A DNA stretch of 63,573 nucleotides, the filler included, from Lama guanicoe (lineage: Eukaryota), in assembly GCA_013239625.1 (NCBI GenBank). It is 133 parts of 133 records of this genome, joined end to end, with 100 filler letters (N's around TTAATTAATTAA, not from the genome) between each part and the next. Parts side by side here need not be neighbours in the genome. Positions count along the whole stretch, not along the records: positions 52,152 to 52,531 come from PNXV01058902.1; positions 52,632 to 53,011 come from PNXV01058903.1; positions 53,112 to 53,491 come from PNXV01058904.1; positions 53,592 to 53,971 come from PNXV01058905.1; positions 54,072 to 54,451 come from PNXV01058906.1; positions 54,552 to 54,931 come from PNXV01058907.1; positions 55,032 to 55,411 come from PNXV01058908.1; positions 55,512 to 55,891 come from PNXV01058909.1; 125 more parts are not named here. One strand, 5' to 3'. The position numbers and the translations under genes were made by a program. The notes below the pieces were generated by a model. The model did no database searches. It was given only the letters and a program-made list of their open reading frames with translations, and was not told where the DNA came from. Of this stretch, positions 52,421 to 63,573 are shown piece after piece. The stretch's first letter is position 1. The number at the start of each line of letters is the position of its first letter.

Positions 52421-55031
52421 AGAGGTAAAATCAACAGTGTATTAATTATTTTATATCCAATGGACAGGGGCCTGAAAAAATAGAACAAAATAGGTGTTTT
52501 CAAGTGAGAAGGGGAGCGAGGAGGAGTTCTGNNNNNNNNNNNNNNNNNNNNNNNNNNNNNNNNNNNNNNNNNNNNTTAATTAATTAANNNNNNNNNNNNN
52601 NNNNNNNNNNNNNNNNNNNNNNNNNNNNNNNTTATAAAATGTGTAGAAATAATGACGTAATGAATATCAATTCCTTTCAACCACAAATATGTTAGGAAAA
52701 ATTTCTTCAACTACCTACTTGTATATGTGAGACACAGGCATATATCACTTGTGTTAGCTATTATGCCAGTTCAATTAAGCTAAAGATTTCTTTTATCTAG
52801 CCACCTCTTTTTAACTATTAATAATGTGCCATCTTGTGACGTCTATTATTTTCTTGACACTTTTCTATTTTGAATTGTTTTTTAACTTATGTTTTTAGGA
52901 CCTGTGTCAATAACCATACCTATATCTAGAGATATATTTATCTAGGTATCTATAAAAATGTTTACATAGTTCCCAATGTTTTGTTCATAGTAGGCAGTTA
53001 ATAAATAATTGNNNNNNNNNNNNNNNNNNNNNNNNNNNNNNNNNNNNNNNNNNNNTTAATTAATTAANNNNNNNNNNNNNNNNNNNNNNNNNNNNNNNNN
53101 NNNNNNNNNNNTATTTGGCTTTCTTTGGCCTAATAGTCAACTATCTAATTCCTTCCCTTGATGGTTTTTAATGGATATAAAGTTTCAAGGATTTGGGGAG
53201 TCAGAAAAAAGTTAAAACTGAAAGTTTAAGGAAAGAGTAGTGAGAGTTTGTCATTTGGTTGTCACTGTGTGTGTGGCACACGCTACGGGGAACGGGGGAG
53301 TGGCTTCATAACACAAAATACTTTTCTCTCACTGTTCTCTGCGTAGAAACAGAGATAGGAAATCATGTATCTTTCTGAATAAAAAGGGAAAAGTTGGTAT
53401 GGCCTTGAATAAAGATCTCTAAAGGAGTTAAGTAAGATCAATCTTTAAAAAGCTCTGCTGAACACTCATTTCTTTAGGAAATAGTTTTTTTNNNNNNNNN
53501 NNNNNNNNNNNNNNNNNNNNNNNNNNNNNNNNNNNTTAATTAATTAANNNNNNNNNNNNNNNNNNNNNNNNNNNNNNNNNNNNNNNNNNNNTGAGAACAG
53601 GCTCTCCTGTCTGTTTCAGGCTAAAGGCAACATTGTTTTACAGAAGGTGCAGAGCCAGGAAGACAGCCTAAAAAATAGGACACAGGGTGAAAGGAAAGGA
53701 ATAGATCTAATATGGAGTCAGATACCTTTTTTTCTATCACAGAGCCTTTTGGTGAGGGGTAAGGGTATATTTCTAGGCAGGTACTCTTATGCCCAAGGCT
53801 GGGGTTCAGGCAGGAGTCCTGCCTCGTTCACCATGACTGTGGACCTGATCTCCTGCAGAGAAAGTAACAAACATCATTGATTAAAATTACCTATCAAAGT
53901 CCCTTGAATTGCCTGTAAACTATAGGGGTGGTGTGGGGAGGCTGGCAGGGGATATCTCATTGGCCCATCGANNNNNNNNNNNNNNNNNNNNNNNNNNNNN
54001 NNNNNNNNNNNNNNNTTAATTAATTAANNNNNNNNNNNNNNNNNNNNNNNNNNNNNNNNNNNNNNNNNNNNGTTTCAGGTCCCCCCTTTTCTTTGATACT
54101 TCTTAATCTTGAGGAGAGCAGGTTCAGGACAAGAAACGGAGTAAGTTTTGAACAGAGGTTAATCATAAGCTTGGTAGAGGAACTTGCTTTTAGGGAGACT
54201 TGATTTCAAGGTGTCATTTTTAGCTCTGTCAGTCATTACCTATAAATATTAAAGTATAATACACCTAAATGAAGGTTATCAGTTCACTAATTATAAAGCA
54301 TTAAATAAGATTTCAAAAACATTTAGATATATTTACTCACATTGCCTTTACTAAAATATTATCATTAATTTAAAATAACTTTATTATGTATTAGTGTGGT
54401 CAAAATGTGTGTAACATTAGTAAATTAACTACATTAAAACCTATTAAATTANNNNNNNNNNNNNNNNNNNNNNNNNNNNNNNNNNNNNNNNNNNNTTAAT
54501 TAATTAANNNNNNNNNNNNNNNNNNNNNNNNNNNNNNNNNNNNNNNNNNNNTGGGATAGACAAGAGCTACAATGGTAACACAGAGGATGTCTCATGGTTC
54601 AGCAAAATGTTCTTGTTTGCTCTGCTTTGCTCCCTCTTTTTGCATCTGTGCATGAGGTTACTGAAACGAGGAGACGCAAAGAAGATGAGAGGCAGACACA
54701 CTGGAAGGCAGAAAGGAAGGGTCAGATGGAGGGGGTCTGATTGAAGATATAGGACAAACAAGAAATAATCAACAGATAAAGGTCTCAGGGAAAGCTGCAA
54801 GGCTTATGACATGGGTACACAGAATTTCAGAAAGGCAAGGAATCTATGATGGCATAGAATCCAACCCTACATCTTCTAGATTTGGCAACTAAAACAGCTT
54901 CACAGCAGCAATGGCTGGGTTGCAGCATTTANNNNNNNNNNNNNNNNNNNNNNNNNNNNNNNNNNNNNNNNNNNNTTAATTAATTAANNNNNNNNNNNNN
55001 NNNNNNNNNNNNNNNNNNNNNNNNNNNNNNN

Positions 55032-55320
55032 CATAAGGTTATCAGCTGATTTTTCAGCAGAAACTCTAAAGGCCAGAAAGAAGTGGCACGATATATTTAG
55101 TGATGTAATTCTTGGATTACAACCAAGAATACTCTATCCAGCAAAGCTCTTGTTCAGATTTGAGGGAGAAATCAAAAGCTTCACAGGTAAACAAAAGCTA
55201 AAAGAACTCAGCACCACCAAACCAGATTTACAACAAATGTTAAAGGACTTTCTCTAGTTATCAAACCATAAGAAAAGAGAACAAAAACAAGAAAGAGAGA
55301 AAAAAAAAAGACTTACAAAA
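55032..55320 (+). mobile_element. LINE-1 ORF1 3' end and A-rich inter-ORF region
   Basis: IRLSADFSAETLKARKKWHDIF...QPRILYPAKLLFRFEGEIKSFTGKQKLKELSTTKPDLQQMLKDFL is the L1 ORF1p C-terminus. Confidence 0.9.
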
Positions 55321-55411
55321 GATTACTTTGGCTGTTAGGGGTCTTTTGTGGTTCCTTATAAGTTTGGAATTGTTTGTTCTAGTTCTGTGAGGAATGTTGT
55401 CAGTATTTTGA
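55321..55411 (-). mobile_element. LINE-1 ORF2 fragment in the opposite orientation
   Basis: gattactttggctgttaggggtcttttgtggttccttata...ttctagttctgtgaggaatg is antisense ORF2. Confidence 0.85.
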
Positions 55412-55569
55412 NNNNNNNNNNNNNNNNNNNNNNNNNNNNNNNNNNNNNNNNNNNNTTAATTAATTAANNNNNNNNNNNNNNNNNNNNNNNNNNNNNNNNN
55501 NNNNNNNNNNNCACTTTCAGGCCAGAGGTACTGAGCCCGGTTCACTGGCAAAGGTCCACACCTGCTGCA

Positions 55570-55795
55570 TATTTAAGGGTGTGGACTCTGGATCCGGACT
55601 GCGGGGGTTAGAACCCCAGCTGCAGCCCTTACTAACCGAGTGCCCCTGCACAAATCACTTTCCCGCTCCATCATCCAGTTTCCTCATTTGTAAAATGGTG
55701 ATAATTACTTGCGCCTAACATCATAAGGGGCTGGAGGATTCGTTAACGTATTGAGGTGCTTAGAACTGTGCCCAGCATACGGTCAACGCTAAATA
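55570..55795. mobile_element. MIR SINE
   Basis: ttaagggtgtggactctggatccggactgc...cagtttcctcatttgtaaaatgg...gtgcttagaactgtgcccagcata. Confidence 0.85.
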
Positions 55796-56471
55796 TAAAG
55801 GCATATGTAGAAAACATATTATCATGGTAAATACAAGCAATAATTCAATAAAATTATAATAAAATAAAAGATAAGATAAATATAGTGGTGCNNNNNNNNN
55901 NNNNNNNNNNNNNNNNNNNNNNNNNNNNNNNNNNNTTAATTAATTAANNNNNNNNNNNNNNNNNNNNNNNNNNNNNNNNNNNNNNNNNNNNAGAATCATC
56001 TGTCTTCTGTCTTCTCTCCCACTCCTATTTCATTCCCCATTTCATTATTGCAACAATATTTTTAAGACCTCATTCTTCATTCTTCTGGAGCAAAAAAGGA
56101 ACAAAACTTGCCCTGGCTGCTCATCAGTGTCTAGTCTCTGACGTCCGCCTACCTAACGTATACACAGGCCCTGCTCAATTATTAGATACTCCCCAAATGT
56201 ACCCCCACATGTTTTTATGTCCTGCCCCTTTTCCAGAAAAGCCCTTCCCCTTCATGTACATAACGAACACTCTTTGAGACACCTCTTGCCTTACAGTTCT
56301 CTGGAAACTGTCTCTGGTTCCTGTTCCCCTCATGGGAAACTTCTTTGAGCACATCTCTTTTGGATTGATTANNNNNNNNNNNNNNNNNNNNNNNNNNNNN
56401 NNNNNNNNNNNNNNNTTAATTAATTAANNNNNNNNNNNNNNNNNNNNNNNNNNNNNNNNNNNNNNNNNNNN

Positions 56472-56755
56472 CTGATAATTAAAGATATTGAGCATCTTTT
56501 CACAGGCCTATTAGCCATCTATATGTCTTCATTGCAGAAATGTCTGTTTAGGTCTTCTGTCCATTTTCTGATTGGGTTGTTTGCTTTATTGTTGTTGTAT
56601 GAGCTGTTTTTACATTCTGGAAGTTAGCCCTTGTCAGTCACATTCTTTGCAAATATTGTCTTTTCTTTTTGCTTATGGTTTTTTTTGCTGTGCAAAAGCT
56701 TCTAAGTTTAATTAGGTCCCACTGGTTTATTTTCGCTTTTATTTCCATTGCCAGA
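56472..56755 (-). mobile_element. LINE-1 ORF2 fragment
   Basis: ctgataattaaagatattgagcatcttttc...ctgtgcaaaagcttctaagtttaattaggtccc. Confidence 0.9.
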
Positions 56756-57520
56756 GCTAACGTGAAGATTCTCCCCTGGACACATTCATCATAAGATCAT
56801 GGTGGGTCAGAACCAGCTTCTAATATCTGCTTGATTATTGCCAAGGGAGACNNNNNNNNNNNNNNNNNNNNNNNNNNNNNNNNNNNNNNNNNNNNTTAAT
56901 TAATTAANNNNNNNNNNNNNNNNNNNNNNNNNNNNNNNNNNNNNNNNNNNNGTCTGCTGTTAGGACCGTGCCCTGCACTGCGTACGCACTCATTCAAGTA
57001 CGTGTGGAGAACCTTCTCTAAGGACTGTGATACGGGTTGATGCTTACTGAGAGAACAAATAGATAAATAACATCCAGTGGCATGTAATTCCTTTAAAGTC
57101 CTGCTCATCAGTAAGATAATAAAGGAAACACAAATTAATATTGATGGTTTGTGGTAAGAGAGAAGACATATTTTTAAAAATAATGAGTCCAGAATCACAG
57201 ATTAATTTGTAATCAATAATATGTTATACATTTTAGAGGGAAATTATATAACAGACTCTGAACTTTTCTTATCTGCTTTTCAGGATGACATATGGACAGG
57301 CAAAGAGATTAATACAGGGAGAGGACACTTTNNNNNNNNNNNNNNNNNNNNNNNNNNNNNNNNNNNNNNNNNNNNTTAATTAATTAANNNNNNNNNNNNN
57401 NNNNNNNNNNNNNNNNNNNNNNNNNNNNNNNAAAAAAAATAAATTGAACACAGAAACACTAATGCTTTGCAAAAAATGGCACAAAAAATGGGCAGAGAAT
57501 ACAAATTGCTGGAGATAATG

Positions 57521-57534
57521 GTTGCCATGGCAAT
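57521..57534. promoter_or_regulatory. Near-perfect RFX X-box motif
   Basis: GTTGCCATGGCAAT is a 13/14 match to the palindrome GTTGCCATGGCAAC; motif match only. Confidence 0.35.
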
Positions 57535-59044
57535 TGTTTGTCCAGAACCCAAACTGTGGTAACTCAGGTAAGAGTAATTGAAAATAAAAGCCCTTAGTAG
57601 ACCTTCTCCACTATGATTTCGATCCTGCTACGGGCTTGGGTAGCATGACTAAATATCCCTTCCTGGTCCTGTGGAAGCCCCAACACAATTATAATTTGCT
57701 AAACGAAGGGGGAGGGCGATTTGCCTGCGTCCCACCCAGAGCAGCGGGGAGTTTTCTGACATCCTCGGTGTTTGCTGAACACACCAAACATTTCAAGGTG
57801 AAGTGAGGTGGNNNNNNNNNNNNNNNNNNNNNNNNNNNNNNNNNNNNNNNNNNNNTTAATTAATTAANNNNNNNNNNNNNNNNNNNNNNNNNNNNNNNNN
57901 NNNNNNNNNNNGGGGCAGAGACCTTTCCTATCCAGAGCCCTGGGGAAAACCAACAGCCAGGCAGGCCCTGCTCAGCTCCACCCAAGGGGGCAGGGAACCC
58001 GATGGCCTGGGTGTGCCGCAGCAGGCACCAGGCAGCCTTGGGGCCGACTGACGTCATGTGTCCACTGCGTTAAACACAGGTACAGGCTGTGACCCAGAAC
58101 TTACTCCCAGGGAACCAGGCACACTTGCGTGCACACACGGCGGCGATGACCCTAGGGGACGGCCACAACCCTGCCACCCAACAGAAGCCACAGGGCAGGA
58201 AAGGACCCTGCTCTACTGCATGGTGCACAATCAAAATGAGGGAGAATATGGTTGTACACGCAGACAAAAGGCCAGACAAGTCACACCATCCNNNNNNNNN
58301 NNNNNNNNNNNNNNNNNNNNNNNNNNNNNNNNNNNTTAATTAATTAANNNNNNNNNNNNNNNNNNNNNNNNNNNNNNNNNNNNNNNNNNNNGGAAACTAC
58401 ACCTCCTCTGAAATCTCTAACTCCAAATACCACCCCTGAGTACCACCTCCTGTCCTTCCAACTTGCTTGCTCAGGTCCTCCTGCGGCCACACCTCTGCAA
58501 GCTCACTGAGACCTCCTTGTGGGGTACCACTTTCTCACCAGCCCTCAGCCCTCCCTGACTTTCCCCTTCTCACCTAGCCTAGAGTCTAAGGTCTACCCCT
58601 TGTGATCCCTCCACCTTTCTCCTCTTTCTGTTGTCATAACCCACCTGGCAAAACCCCAACCCTGGATGCAGTCAACCATCCGCATTCTCCAAGCCTGGCC
58701 TGAGTAGCCGGCCATGGCTGGAGAGAATCCCAAGGCTGACCAGGGTCACCAGGTACTGACACTCACAGACTNNNNNNNNNNNNNNNNNNNNNNNNNNNNN
58801 NNNNNNNNNNNNNNNTTAATTAATTAANNNNNNNNNNNNNNNNNNNNNNNNNNNNNNNNNNNNNNNNNNNNAACTTTTAAGGAAAAAGAATATGCAAACA
58901 AATATATGTGTATACATACATGCAGGACAGGGTAAGGTTTTTGCTACACCCCCCCTTTACAGGTGTCTCTGATCTGCAGTACACCAAAGACCCTGTGTTC
59001 GTCAGGATTCTCCAGAGAAACAGAACTACATGATGTAATATACA

Positions 59045-59249
59045 CAGCTGACCCTTGAATAACACAGATTTGAATGGTGCGGGTCTATTTATGCACAGAA
59101 TTTTTCAATAGTAAACACTACAGTACAACACAATCCATGACTGTTTGGATCAAGGGATGTGGAACCATGGATACCAAGGACCAATATAAGTTATATGTGG
59201 ATTTTAATTTGAGTGGAGGGTCTGCTTCCCTTTGTTCAAGAGTCATCTG
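59045..59249. mobile_element. Tigger2/MER8-like non-autonomous DNA transposon (MITE) with both TIRs
   Basis: Left end CAGCTGACCCTTGAATAA and right end TTGTTCAAGAGTCATCTG, followed by TA at 59250-59251. Confidence 0.85.
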
Positions 59250-59831
59250 TANNNNNNNNNNNNNNNNNNNNNNNNNNNNNNNNNNNNNNNNNNNNTTAAT
59301 TAATTAANNNNNNNNNNNNNNNNNNNNNNNNNNNNNNNNNNNNNNNNNNNNTTCTCTTTCAGCACACTGACCTGCAGCCTTTCTGTGATGAGGACGACCC
59401 GGGTGAGCCGGGGGGATTTCTGAGGCTCATTAATTCTCTTCCCTGAGCAGCCGCGTGCAGGGTCGGGCGGCAGCTCAGGAGCAAGGCCCCTTTCCTCAGG
59501 ATGAAATTAACAGCAGAATTACACTGCAGAAACAGAAGAGCAATCCCTTAGCTTTGCTGGGCCCCAAGGACTGCCTCCGTCCTTATCTTAACACGACCTT
59601 AACAGCTCTCTGGTCTACACTTCGTCGAAGCGTGAAAGGTAGAGCTTCTTGAAGATCCTGACGTGGGCAGTAGTTTATATTGTAGTTTGGACTCACTCAC
59701 TCAAGCCAACACTTGTTTGTAGAAAAAAATGNNNNNNNNNNNNNNNNNNNNNNNNNNNNNNNNNNNNNNNNNNNNTTAATTAATTAANNNNNNNNNNNNN
59801 NNNNNNNNNNNNNNNNNNNNNNNNNNNNNNN

Positions 59832-60211
59832 CATCTCTTTTCCTTTCAGTGACAGTCATTCTAAAAGGTGTGAGCTGATAGCTCGTTGGGGTTTTAATTT
59901 GCAGTTCCCTTGTGATGAGTGATGTTGAGCACCTTTGCATCTGTCTGTCCACCATCTCAATGTCTTCTTTGGAAAAGGGGTCTGTGCAGTTCCCCTGTTC
60001 ATTTTTAAAAATTTTACTGTTTGTTTGCTTGGCTATCGAGTTGTATGACTTCTGCATGTATTTTGGATATAACGCCTTATCACATGGATGAGTTGCAACT
60101 ATTTCCTCCCATTCTGGAGGGTGCTTTTCTCATTTTGTTGATGGTTTCCTTGGCTGTGCAGAAGCTTTTCAGTTTAACGTAGTCCCGTTTAAAAAAATTT
60201 TTGCTTTTGTT
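59832..60211 (-). mobile_element. LINE-1 ORF2 fragment
   Basis: [40 protein letters not shown] is degenerate L1 ORF2p. Confidence 0.9.
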
Positions 60212-61844
60212 NNNNNNNNNNNNNNNNNNNNNNNNNNNNNNNNNNNNNNNNNNNNTTAATTAATTAANNNNNNNNNNNNNNNNNNNNNNNNNNNNNNNNN
60301 NNNNNNNNNNNTTTTTTTTTAATTTATGTGAAGCATACTCTTTGTTAGTGCTAGGTTACATTGCTTACCGAGCAATACCTATGTCGTCCAGCAGAGAGAA
60401 ATAATTAGAATAATTAACTCCCTGTCACAACCTGCATGTTTTTGTTTTGTAAAATAGGCGAGTGTTGTGCATAAAGGAAGTTGAAATCCTAGGCCACACG
60501 TCCGTAGACTGGCAATACCCATTTGAGGATTTTGTGCGTTCTCCTAGTGTCGATGGAAATCTGCTCAAAATTTCAGTTGAGGTAAGAAAACGTGGCTCAC
60601 ACCTTTAGAGCCAAGAATTTGTTAAATGAATGGAAATGAATACCTTATGACTCTGTTGTACACTTAACTCTACAAAATATTTGAAGGATTANNNNNNNNN
60701 NNNNNNNNNNNNNNNNNNNNNNNNNNNNNNNNNNNTTAATTAATTAANNNNNNNNNNNNNNNNNNNNNNNNNNNNNNNNNNNNNNNNNNNNTGCCTACAG
60801 CACATAGTACAAGAAGCTGCTAACTCTGCACGCACATGTTACAGGTATCAAAGTCACGCAGACTATCATCCCCTGCAGTATCTCATTGTTTTCTTATACT
60901 ATAGAAACTTGATTTTTTCCATTACGCTCGTTAGTCAGCAGCATTCTAATAAACCCCTTAATAAACCCCTAATAAAACTTGGAGGGAGGCCTCAGTTTTC
61001 TGACACTGTTTATAAAATCCGTACCACCATCCTTCTCAAGGGGGGGCATGGATTCATGTCCAACCCAGGCGACACGTCCTTCTTAACTGGGTCTATTGTT
61101 TCACAGCCTTTTCCAGCCTTTACACAGATTTTGAAGAGCGGAGCTTTGACTTTTCACTCTGGATGCGTGTGNNNNNNNNNNNNNNNNNNNNNNNNNNNNN
61201 NNNNNNNNNNNNNNNTTAATTAATTAANNNNNNNNNNNNNNNNNNNNNNNNNNNNNNNNNNNNNNNNNNNNGGGAACTCTACTGCCAAAACGCCTTCATC
61301 AAGGTCCAGCTGTTTAGAGTCATGCAGTCACAAGCTTGCTAACCAGAATCCAGAAGACCCAGCTAAAAGCTGTGGAAAGGTCAGAGCCAGAAAACCTCAG
61401 GTCCATCATTAAAAGCTATCTGAAACCTTAAAAAGCAAAGGATCCCAGAAGTCAGACTGAAGGGCTTTATATATGTTAATTGTCATCATCCAGGTTCAGA
61501 AAGCAGTTGTAGGCTCTGCTGAACAGGGACAGCAAGGCCATTACCAGCCAGGAGGGAAGGGTCTTTCCTGTGGGAAGTTTTATTTTACTCTTTCTCCTGT
61601 TATTTCCCAAGAACCTTGAAGCCTCGAGTGGTCTATCTTTGCTCTACCACAGNNNNNNNNNNNNNNNNNNNNNNNNNNNNNNNNNNNNNNNNNNNNTTAA
61701 TTAATTAANNNNNNNNNNNNNNNNNNNNNNNNNNNNNNNNNNNNNNNNNNNNAACAGTGGGCTCTCATTGTCCATTTGCTTTGCAATACATTGTGAGGTT
61801 TTGGTTTATTTGTTTCCTTTTGTTTTAGAATTGAAAATGCCACA

Positions 61845-62132
61845 TTTTGCTTATCCATTCATCATTTGATGGCTATTTGGGTTGTTTCCATGTTTTGACA
61901 CTAATGAACACTGCTGCTGTGAACCTTCATGTACAAGGTTCTGTGTGGATATGTATTGGATAGACACCGGGCGGGGGAACTGTTGTGTCATATGATAATT
62001 CTATGCCTAACTGTTGGAGAATGATCAGACTATTTTCCAAAAGGGCTGCACCATCGTTAACATTCCCATCAGTAGTGTATGCGAGTTCCAATTTCCCCAC
62101 ATTTTCACCAGCCCTTATTATCTGCCATCCTA
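61845..62132 (-). mobile_element. Old LINE-1 ORF2 3' fragment
   Basis: ttatccattcatcatttgatggctatttgggttgtttcc...ggctgcaccatcgttaacattcccatcagtagtg. Confidence 0.85.
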
Positions 62133-62739
62133 NNNNNNNNNNNNNNNNNNNNNNNNNNNNNNNNNNNNNNNNNNNNTTAATTAATTAANNNNNNNNNNNN
62201 NNNNNNNNNNNNNNNNNNNNNNNNNNNNNNNNGTTAAGTCACTTGACTAAACATGATGCTGGGCCCTGAGGGCCTAGACTGAGAAGGGTTTTACAGCATT
62301 TTAAAGAGAATAAAAGAGCAAAAGTAATATTTTGATACTGCCACAGAAATTTACATAAAATTAGGAAAATCTTACATCAAATAATGTTCAAATTCCAACT
62401 GATATTTGTGTTTGAGGTACAATGAACAATATAGAATAGTTCCTACTCCATCCTCGTAAGCAAGTTTGAGGCAGATTTTTCTCATGGTGGTGACAGAGAT
62501 GGAGACATTCTCTTCTTTGTTTGAACCATATAGAATAGTTAGACACTGAAGACCAAATGAGGTCTGTTGAGATCTTCTCAATAATAAACAATTTTTGAAA
62601 TTTTAATGGTAAGNNNNNNNNNNNNNNNNNNNNNNNNNNNNNNNNNNNNNNNNNNNNTTAATTAATTAANNNNNNNNNNNNNNNNNNNNNNNNNNNNNNN
62701 NNNNNNNNNNNNNAAATTTTATCATTTCCAAAAACACAG

Positions 62740-63093
62740 ATGATCCTGAAGGCTATTATGCTAAGTGAAATAAGAGAAAGACAAATACTGTATATTTTCA
62801 CTTAACATGTGGAATCAAAAACTGAAGAAATGAACACAACAGAAAAAGACTCAAATACAGAAAATAAACTGTGGTTACCAGTGGGGAAGAAGTGGGGGAG
62901 GGGTAAGACAGGGGAAGGGCATTAAGAGGTACAAACTACTAAGTCTAATATCAGTAACATAGAAGAATGTCATGTACAACACATGGAATATGGAATATAG
63001 CTAACACAAGGAATACAGCCAAAATTTTGTGATTACTTTATACGGAGTATAATCCATTAAAACGTCAAATCACTATGTTGTACACCTGAAACT
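62740..63093 (+). mobile_element. LINE-1 3'UTR
   Basis: attatgctaagtgaaataagagaaagacaaatactg...gtggttaccagtgggg...cactatgttgtacacctgaaact. Confidence 0.9.
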
Positions 63094-63573
63094 NNNNNNN
63101 NNNNNNNNNNNNNNNNNNNNNNNNNNNNNNNNNNNNNTTAATTAATTAANNNNNNNNNNNNNNNNNNNNNNNNNNNNNNNNNNNNNNNNNNNNAGCAGTT
63201 TTATAACTTCTTTTCCCCACACTTTTAGCATCCTGTTTCTTTTTCTGCACTCTTATCCGGTGATTTTCTTTCTTTCTTTTCACTGTGACAGTAGAAGCTG
63301 TCGGAAGAGACCTTCTTTTCCCACCACAGGTCTTCCTACACACCCACTTGCGTCGCACCCTGACTCCTCTCACCTCTCATCGCAGGGCGCTGCCCCTGCT
63401 TCTACTGGGCGTGGGACTCAAAGCCTTCATGTTCACAGGTTTACAGTTATCATCATGTTTTCCCTCTCAATTGGGTTATTTCCCTCAACATACAAACATG
63501 GGATTATCTCTCCCATCGTAAGAAAAACCTCCCTTAGTTCTCCATACTCCTTCCACTGCTGCCATCTAGCAAA

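Noticed and set aside
60948..60978. Triple AATAAA (aataaacccctt-aataaacccct-aataaaac)
   Set aside because: This is a short local tandem duplication with no linked gene or downstream element to support a functional poly(A) site.
61272..61420. Possible terminal coding exon (ELYCQNAFIKVQLFRVMQSQAC*)
   Set aside because: The peptide is not recognised and no splice site is visible within the contig.
62372..62591. Two overlapping minus-strand ORFs with a possible GTAAG donor near 62375
   Set aside because: Neither translation resembles a protein I recognise; probably chance ORFs.

Overview
This window is not a contiguous locus. It is an artificial concatenation of 133 unrelated short mammalian contigs (373-381 bp), roughly sorted by increasing length from 377 to 381 bp. 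They are joined by 132 identical 100-bp linkers (N44-TTAATTAATTAA-N44) that put a stop codon in all six frames. Neighbouring fragments therefore have no biological relationship, and ORF-track entries containing X runs or ending in 'LIN' or 'N' run into a linker. The repeat content points to a camelid genome (alpaca, llama or camel): tRNA-derived Vic-1-type SINE heads, cetartiodactyl-type L1 3' ends, MIR, L2, MLT1, a Tigger2/MER8-type MITE and two ~250-270 bp satellite-like tandem repeats. Recognisable exons, identified from remembered protein sequences rather than a search, are VIPR2 (TM7 exon), CD109, SPNS3 (first coding exon), ANXA10, DCTN1 and a WC1/CD163-family SRCR domain. A frameshifted CDK20 last exon and a decayed ANKRD26-like exon are also present. 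I found no multi-gene or otherwise new biological system. The best leads are the SPNS3 TM1 NY>HH change, the disrupted CDK20 and ANKRD26 copies, the 247-bp and 267-bp tandem repeats, the WC1-like exon, and an L1 contig pair that looks like an assembly bubble from a duplication.
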